Positions 58,535-64,000 of a stretch of DNA of 64,000 bases are shown here, piece after piece; position 1 is the first letter of the stretch; each line of letters opens with the position of its first letter. The notes under the pieces are model-generated. The model was not told the origin of the DNA, ran no database searches, and was given only the letters and a program-made list of their open reading frames with translations. Location: the NCBI GenBank assembly GCA_965243025.1, contig CBDETY010000003.1:736001-800000 (forward strand). Reading direction: 5' to 3'. The DNA comes from Candidatus Latescibacterota bacterium (GTDB lineage Bacteria; Latescibacterota; UBA2968; UBA8231). The position numbers and the translations under genes are program-made.

Positions 58535-61459
58535 TCAATGCAGCTCGGCCAGCCCCCAGACCGCGTGGTCGCAGGAGATGCCGTCCCCGGCATCGGTGGT
58601 GATCAGCTTGAGCCTCCGGGCCCCGGCGACGTCGACGCTGATCCGCTGCGGCGGCTCTCCGACCGCGAGCCTGCCGCTCTCGAACACCCGCTCCCAGCCG
58701 CGGCCGCGGTCGATCTCGACGATGAAGATGCTCGAGCCGAGGCCCCAGCTCTCCATCTCGTCGTCGATGCCGATGAAGGCGGTGAAGGCCGCCGCCTTTT
58801 CCAGGGCCCCCTCCAGGTCGTAGACGACCCAGGCCCGGCCGCCCCCCTCGGCCTCCCGCGGATGCACGAGCAGCCCCTTGGGGTATGCCTTGCCCCCCAG
58901 GCGGATCGGCCGGCCGAGGTAGTTGCGGTCCCGCGCCCAGCAGCCGGGGTACGCCTCCACCTCCCGCTCCGCGAGGTCGCTCAAGTACACCGCCCCGTCC
59001 GCGAGGTCGATGCGCTCGTAGGTCTCGGCCACCACCTCCGACTGCACGCCGCCGCGGAACGAGGCGGCCTTGACAGTGGCGTCCCCGTCGATGCGGAACG
59101 GCCCGGAATAGACCGGCGAGTCCCCGGTCGGGTCGCTGCCGTCGAGGGTGTAGCGCAGCACGCTCTCGGGACCGCCGGGCAGGGGGGAGGGCGTCAGGCG
59201 GACGGTCACCTCGTCGGGGAAGACCTGGGACACCGGGGTGATCAGCGGCGCCGCGGCCCGCCGCGGCAGGGACTGCCGGTACTCGTCGACGCGCAGGCCG
59301 ATCTCGTCGAAGGGGATCGGCTCCCACCCGAGGTCCCACGCCGGCGAATCGGGGGCGAGCCGGAAGTCCTGGGTCTCGAGGCCGCCGAAGCCGGGGTCGC
59401 CGTCGAGGATGACGTTCCCCCGCGCCCCCAACCAAGCCGCCGCCTCCGCGTCCCCGTTACTGTAGAGAACCCGCTCGCCGCTGCCTTCGAAGGAGCCGTC
59501 GAAGACCTCGGCGTCGGCGATCAGGTTCTCCTCCACCCGCACGTGGTCGAGGCTCGCCTCGGCTCCGAGCCGCAGGAACATGCCGGTGCGGCTGACGTTG
59601 CGCCGGATCAGGTTGTCCTTGGGGAGCTGCCGCTGCAGGAGCTGTTCCGGGCCGAGGCTGAAGTCGGCGGCGAGCTGCCGCAGGGTCGGGTAGCGGGTGA
59701 TGTAGGGCGGCTGGTCGTAGCGGGCCGCCTCGAGATTCTCCACCATCCTCCAGGGGCCCCCCTCGAGGAACATCGACGAGTCCTTCCAGACGCCGAAGCT
59801 CAGGGCGCGGTCGGCGCGCAGGAAAATGTTGTTCTCGATCACCATGGCGCGGCCGCTGTTGGTGTGGAAGACCTGGTCGACGTCGTAGAAGATGTTGTGG
59901 TGCAGGTGGATGCCGCCGCAGGGCAGGTCGGGGTAGATCGTGAAGCAGCCGAGCCTGCCGGGCCCGTGGATGTCGTGGAAGTAGTTGTAGCGGAACTCGT
60001 GCCCCATGAAGGTCCAGTCGGCCCCGGTGTAGGTGACCCCGACGTCCCCGGTCTCCAGGGCGATGCGCTCGAACTCGCAGTACTCGATGAGGTGGTCGTT
60101 CCCCTTGTACCCGATCCCCTGGTGAGGCAGGTCGTGGATCCAGCAGTGGGCGATGCGGTTGCCGACCCCCTCGAGCCGGAAGGCGCCGTGATAGGTGCGG
60201 TACACGCGGCCGGTGCGGTGGATGTCGTTGTTGACCGCCCAATTGCGGCCGGGAGTGAGATTTGTGCGGTCTCCGCCCCCCAGCTGGATGCCGGCCCCGG
60301 CTACCTCGTAGAGGTCGCTGCTGCGGATGCCGTTGCGGGTGCCGCCGATGACGACGGTGATGCGGGCGCCGAAGTTGCGGATCGTGCAGCCGGCGATCTC
60401 GTTGTCGCTGCCGCCCTGGATGACCACCGCCTGGTCGCGGGCCGCCTCGAAGGTGATTCGCCGCACCAGCACGCGGCGCGTCTCCTGCAGGACGAGCATC
60501 GGTTCGGCCAGCTGCGGAAAGAAGATCTCGGCCCCGGCGGGGTCGGCCGGCGGCCAGAAGTAGAGGATGCCGCTGCCGCGGTCGAGGTACCACTCCCCGG
60601 GCTCGTCGAGCTCTTCGAGGACGTTGAGGAAGTAGAACCGCTGCCCCTTGCGGTACCCGTACCCGTGGTAGGGCTCCTGCGGCCGGATCTCCCGCTTCCC
60701 GAGGTCGAGCTCCTCGACGCGGTGGTACTGGTCGCTCCAGTCGTGGACCCAGTACCCGTGCACCCAGAGGTTGCCGGTGTCCGCCCAGCCTTCGGGGCGC
60801 TCGTCGTCGTACGCCAGGCGGCCGTAGTGGCTGTCGCGCTCGGTTTCGACGAGGGTCCCGCCCTCGGGGATGGCGCTGACCTTCAACCACTCCCGGTTCG
60901 GGTAGCGGGCCAGCGGCATGTAGCGGGCGTTGCAGATCAACTCGGCGCGGGGGCCGCCGACGGGAGCCGGCATGCCGAGGTCGGTTTCGCCGCCGGCCTT
61001 CAGGTCGGTCTGCAGGACGTGCGGGCGGGCTTCCGGCCGCAGGCGGTCGAGGACGTTGCGGTCGGCCACGGGCCGCCAGTCGGAAAGCCGCACCCCTCCG
61101 ACGAAGCGGACCTCCCCGGTGCCCGGCTCGGCCTGCCAGATGACGGGGGCCTGGTCTGTTCCGGAGTCTTGCTCCCCCTCCAGCAGCAGGGTCCCGGTGA
61201 TGCGGTAGGCGCCCCCTCTCAGGTTGACGACCGCCGGCCCGGGGACCGTTCCTGCCGCGCGGCGTTCCCGCAGGGCGTCGCGGGCCGCGGCCGGGGTGGC
61301 CAGCGGGGCCTCGCGGGTGCCGGGGTTGGAGTCGCTGCCGTCCGGCGCGACGAACAGCTCGGTCGCCTGCACGCTGCAGATCTCCAGGATCAGGAAGGGG
61401 ATGACGGCGGCGAAAGGGGGGCGCCCACCCCGCCAGGGAGGAAGGTGGAATTCCGGCAT
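58535..61459 (-). CDS. Secreted right-handed beta-helix protein with CHB_HEX_C/Fn3-like and NPCBM domains
   Basis: FVAPDGSDSNPGT..P.AT, LRGGAY, LARYPN, ELDEPGEWYLD, beta-helix repeats, RYTLDGSDPT, YLSDL..KGL..H..DHAVW. Confidence 0.85.
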   Translation of the reverse strand: MPEFHLPPWRGGRPPFAAVIPFLILEICSVQATELFVAPDGSDSNPGTREAPLATPAAARDALRERRAAGTVPGPAVVNLRGGAYRITGTLLLEGEQDSGTDQAPVIWQAEPGTGEVRFVGGVRLSDWRPVADRNVLDRLRPEARPHVLQTDLKAGGETDLGMPAPVGGPRAELICNARYMPLARYPNREWLKVSAIPEGGTLVETERDSHYGRLAYDDERPEGWADTGNLWVHGYWVHDWSDQYHRVEELDLGKREIRPQEPYHGYGYRKGQRFYFLNVLEELDEPGEWYLDRGSGILYFWPPADPAGAEIFFPQLAEPMLVLQETRRVLVRRITFEAARDQAVVIQGGSDNEIAGCTIRNFGARITVVIGGTRNGIRSSDLYEVAGAGIQLGGGDRTNLTPGRNWAVNNDIHRTGRVYRTYHGAFRLEGVGNRIAHCWIHDLPHQGIGYKGNDHLIEYCEFERIALETGDVGVTYTGADWTFMGHEFRYNYFHDIHGPGRLGCFTIYPDLPCGGIHLHHNIFYDVDQVFHTNSGRAMVIENNIFLRADRALSFGVWKDSSMFLEGGPWRMVENLEAARYDQPPYITRYPTLRQLAADFSLGPEQLLQRQLPKDNLIRRNVSRTGMFLRLGAEASLDHVRVEENLIADAEVFDGSFEGSGERVLYSNGDAEAAAWLGARGNVILDGDPGFGGLETQDFRLAPDSPAWDLGWEPIPFDEIGLRVDEYRQSLPRRAAAPLITPVSQVFPDEVTVRLTPSPLPGGPESVLRYTLDGSDPTGDSPVYSGPFRIDGDATVKAASFRGGVQSEVVAETYERIDLADGAVYLSDLAEREVEAYPGCWARDRNYLGRPIRLGGKAYPKGLLVHPREAEGGGRAWVVYDLEGALEKAAAFTAFIGIDDEMESWGLGSSIFIVEIDRGRGWERVFESGRLAVGEPPQRISVDVAGARRLKLITTDAGDGISCDHAVWGLAELH

Positions 61460-61595
61460 GGCCGCTCTCCAGTCTCGGCGGGCTCGCCTGAAAAGGCCGC
61501 CGGGAATCCCGGCAGGCCAGGCCTCCACCCCGGGCGGCGGCCGGCCCGGGGGGGTGCGGCCGCAGATGGGCGGGGAGGATGGGGTGGACGGGACA

Positions 61596-62345
61596 CTACA
61601 GCCGCAGCAGCCGGAGGGCGTTGCCGCCGAGGATCAGGCGCTTGGCCGCCGCGTCGATGTCGGCGGTGACGATCTTGCCCAACTGCGGCCGCGGGTCCAT
61701 CAACGGGGTGTCGGAGCCGAAGAGCACCCGGTCCGCCCCGGCCTCGGCGACGATCCTTTCGACGACCCCCGGCTGCCGGTAGGTCGAGCAGGTCTCGAGG
61801 TAGTAGTTGGCGTTGGCCCGCGCCGCGGCGATCGCCTGGGTCCGGTACGGCTCGATGTTGCCGGTGTGCGCGGCGACGAAGAAGGCGTTGGGAAAGCGCG
61901 CCGCGGCGCGGCCGAACAGCTCCGGGGATGCGGTCGGCTCGCCGCCGGTGTGGGCGATGACGGCGAGGCCGCGCTCGTCGGCGAAGCCGTACACCGGGTC
62001 CCAGGCGGAGTCGTCGAGAGGGTACGGGGTGTAGGGGGGGTAGATCTTGATCGCCGGCATCCCCAGCTCGTCGACGGCCCGCTCGAGCTCCGGCCTGATG
62101 GTTTGCGGCATGGTCGGCGAGACGTAGGCGAAGCCGATGAAGCGGTCGGGGTGGCGGGCGGCGAAGGCGGCGGTGGCGTCGTTGCCGGGGCGGCCGTCGG
62201 GATGGAAGATGTTGAAGACGCAGCTCCTGTCGATCCCGGCCGCGTCCATGGCGCGCAGCATCTTCTCCGGGTCGTCGACCGCATCCAGCGCATCCCAGCG
62301 CCCGACGTGCCCGTGGAAGTCGATGACGAGGTGGCCGTCGATCAC
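61596..62345 (-). CDS. Amidohydrolase_2 family protein
   Basis: IDFHGH, IKIYP, AHTG x2, RVLFGSD; GTG start overlapping the upstream stop. Confidence 0.9.
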   Translation of the reverse strand: MIDGHLVIDFHGHVGRWDALDAVDDPEKMLRAMDAAGIDRSCVFNIFHPDGRPGNDATAAFAARHPDRFIGFAYVSPTMPQTIRPELERAVDELGMPAIKIYPPYTPYPLDDSAWDPVYGFADERGLAVIAHTGGEPTASPELFGRAAARFPNAFFVAAHTGNIEPYRTQAIAAARANANYYLETCSTYRQPGVVERIVAEAGADRVLFGSDTPLMDPRPQLGKIVTADIDAAAKRLILGGNALRLLRL

Positions 62346-63091
62346 GGCGCTTCTCCCAGAAGGCGCTCGAGGTTGCCCGCGCAGACCGCCGCCAGGGCCT
62401 CGTCGCCGATGTCGGTGTGGTGCAGGTAGAAGAGCATCGGGCCCATGGCGTAGCGGGGGAAGAAGGATCCGTAGAGGAAGCGGCCGGCCCCGAACCCGGC
62501 GACCAGCGCCTCGACGCCGCCGAGATTCTCGAAGCGGCTCAGCTCGAGGGAGGCGTTCGGCAGCCGTTCCAGCATCGGGGCCACCACCGCGCTGTGGGTG
62601 TAGTGGGCCCCAAGGAGCACGGTGCGCAGTCCGGGGTAGCGGCGCAGGGTCTCCATGATCTCGACCGGAGGGGTGTCGGCCAGCGACACCCAGAGCGGGA
62701 TGCCCTCGGCGTCGAGCCAGGCGAGCAGCTCGCCGTAGATCCAGTCGACGAACGGGACGCGGCATTCTTCGGTGTTGTGCAGGCGGACGCTGCGCACCCT
62801 GCCGCCGCCGTGCAGGGACTGCAACTGGCGCAGGGAGTCGTTTCCGGGCCCGGCGACCCACTGGGGGACGAGGGCCTCGTGCTCCCATTCGGCCAGGGCC
62901 TCGTTTCCGGCGATGTGACTGATCCGCTCACCCTGCAGGTGGTAGACGAGGCCGCGGCCGACGCCGTGGCGGTCCATTTCCTCAAGGAGGCTGTCGGGGT
63001 CCGGGCAGGGGAAGGGCCGGTCGTGCCGGTGGCCGACGCCGATGTTGGCGTCGAACACGGGAACCCGGGGGCGGAAGTCGAGGGTGCTCAT
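62342..63091 (-). CDS. Amidohydrolase-fold protein lacking metal ligands
   Basis: VFDANIGVG (no HxH), RFLYGSFFP (no Asp), GNLERLL. Confidence 0.8.
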   Translation of the reverse strand: MSTLDFRPRVPVFDANIGVGHRHDRPFPCPDPDSLLEEMDRHGVGRGLVYHLQGERISHIAGNEALAEWEHEALVPQWVAGPGNDSLRQLQSLHGGGRVRSVRLHNTEECRVPFVDWIYGELLAWLDAEGIPLWVSLADTPPVEIMETLRRYPGLRTVLLGAHYTHSAVVAPMLERLPNASLELSRFENLGGVEALVAGFGAGRFLYGSFFPRYAMGPMLFYLHHTDIGDEALAAVCAGNLERLLGEAP

Positions 63092-63270
63092 CGGCTGCGG
63101 TGAGTCGTGGCGGAAGGGGGAAACAAACTGGTCAAATCAGGGCCGGTGCGCCATGAGGGCATTCCCGCCTGCAGGTCGCTGACAACACTCTCCTCCGGGC
63201 TGTCCCGGGCCCAAGGCCAGCTGCGCTGGTAACGACGGTAGCCGGTGAAGAGGCAGGGCAGGTAGGCCTG

Positions 63271-64000
63271 TCAGTCCATTTCCAGGGAGGCCTTGATCCG
63301 GCCCCAGGAAACCGGTTCCACGGCGGAGCCGTTTTCCGGCCCGGCCGGGTCGGAAGCGAGCAGGATGCCGTCGATGAAGCCGTCCGCTCGAAGTTGGGTC
63401 ACTTGAAAACTGGGAGGAAAATCGTCGAGGGGCTCCAAAGCCTCGGGTGTCCAGGCGCTCGGGAAATCAGGGGGATCCATGTCATTCACGAGAATCCCGA
63501 AGCCGATGACCTTTTCCGCCTTCAGGTCGCTGACCAGGCTCCCCTCGGGGCCCTCCCAGTCCCCGAACCGGTCGAACGGGGTGACGTACAGCTCGATCAC
63601 GCTGAAAGCCGGGTTTTCCCCGCCTGCGTCACCACCCCCCTCGCCGTAGGGGGGGAGGGCTGTCCAGGCGAAATTCCCCGTTCGAAGTCGGACTACTTCG
63701 TCATCAAGAGTCGGACCGCTGCCTGTAAATGCAATGGCGGTGTAAAACTGGGTCTGCCCGTAAAACCCGAGAAGGTCCGGTTCCTCTTCGTCCGCAAACA
63801 GCTGGGTAAGCCCCGGGCCGCCGCTGTGGTCTCCGTCGATTGCCAGGAAGATGCCGTCCTGGAAATACATGGAATCATCGAATTCTTCGGAGCCGTAGTC
63901 ATGGGTGTTCTTGTACAGGTCGTCACTGGCCGCAAACGCCACGTACAGGCGGGGGGGGTTGTCGTGCCAGCCAAGCCAGATGCGGAAGTCGAGGTCGGAT
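63271..64000 (-). CDS. Secreted CBM9/DOMON-like protein with C-terminal AVEPVSWGRIK motif, 5' part beyond window
   Basis: LDFRIWLGW, AIDGDH, GENP, VIGFG; paralog of 11642-12574. Confidence 0.75.
   Translation of the reverse strand, partial: SDLDFRIWLGWHDNPPRLYVAFAASDDLYKNTHDYGSEEFDDSMYFQDGIFLAIDGDHSGGPGLTQLFADEEEPDLLGFYGQTQFYTAIAFTGSGPTLDDEVVRLRTGNFAWTALPPYGEGGGDAGGENPAFSVIELYVTPFDRFGDWEGPEGSLVSDLKAEKVIGFGILVNDMDPPDFPSAWTPEALEPLDDFPPSFQVTQLRADGFIDGILLASDPAGPENGSAVEPVSWGRIKASLEMD

Noticed and set aside
58538-61669. 1043-aa plus-strand ORF and many other long antisense or alternate-frame ORFs (e.g. 3368-5251, 16941-19175, 23534-25321, 29804-31711)
   Set aside because: Shadow ORFs of high-GC genes; Arg/Gly/Pro-rich with no motifs, opposite or overlapping well-supported CDSs

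Overview
This is a high-GC bacterial chromosomal window of about 50 intact genes plus several gene remnants. I found no rRNA, tRNA or CRISPR array. Most genes are catabolic enzymes: four PhyH-type and one other 2OG-Fe(II) dioxygenase, four Gfo/Idh/MocA oxidoreductases, two Meth_synt_2 enzymes, amidohydrolases and glycoside-hydrolase-like proteins. It also carries an Fe3+ ABC transporter, AddAB helicase-nuclease, a TPR lytic transglycosylase, an ankyrin-repeat protein and a collagen-stalk protease lipoprotein. The gene mix and the C-terminal 'AVEPxSWGRIK' tails suggest a Latescibacterota/Poribacteria-like, possibly sponge-associated organism (inference only). The region looks heavily shuffled: it has an IS91-type transposase remnant, two oriIS-like motifs, and truncated or deleted genes (hisI, a sulfatase, DUF1330, an enolase N-terminus). 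Best candidates for undescribed biology: (1) a structured, RBS-occluding leader before an ankyrin protein with a conserved N-terminal helical domain, divergent from an orphan L7Ae-like gene; (2) a leaderless XRE regulator with a palindromic operator, coupled to a conserved unknown protein; (3) a stand-alone ADP-ribosyltransferase-fold protein; (4) a lipoprotein with a 93-triplet collagen stalk carrying a trypsin-like protease; (5) a shared WGRIK C-terminal putative sorting signal. All product calls come from motif recognition by eye, not database searches.
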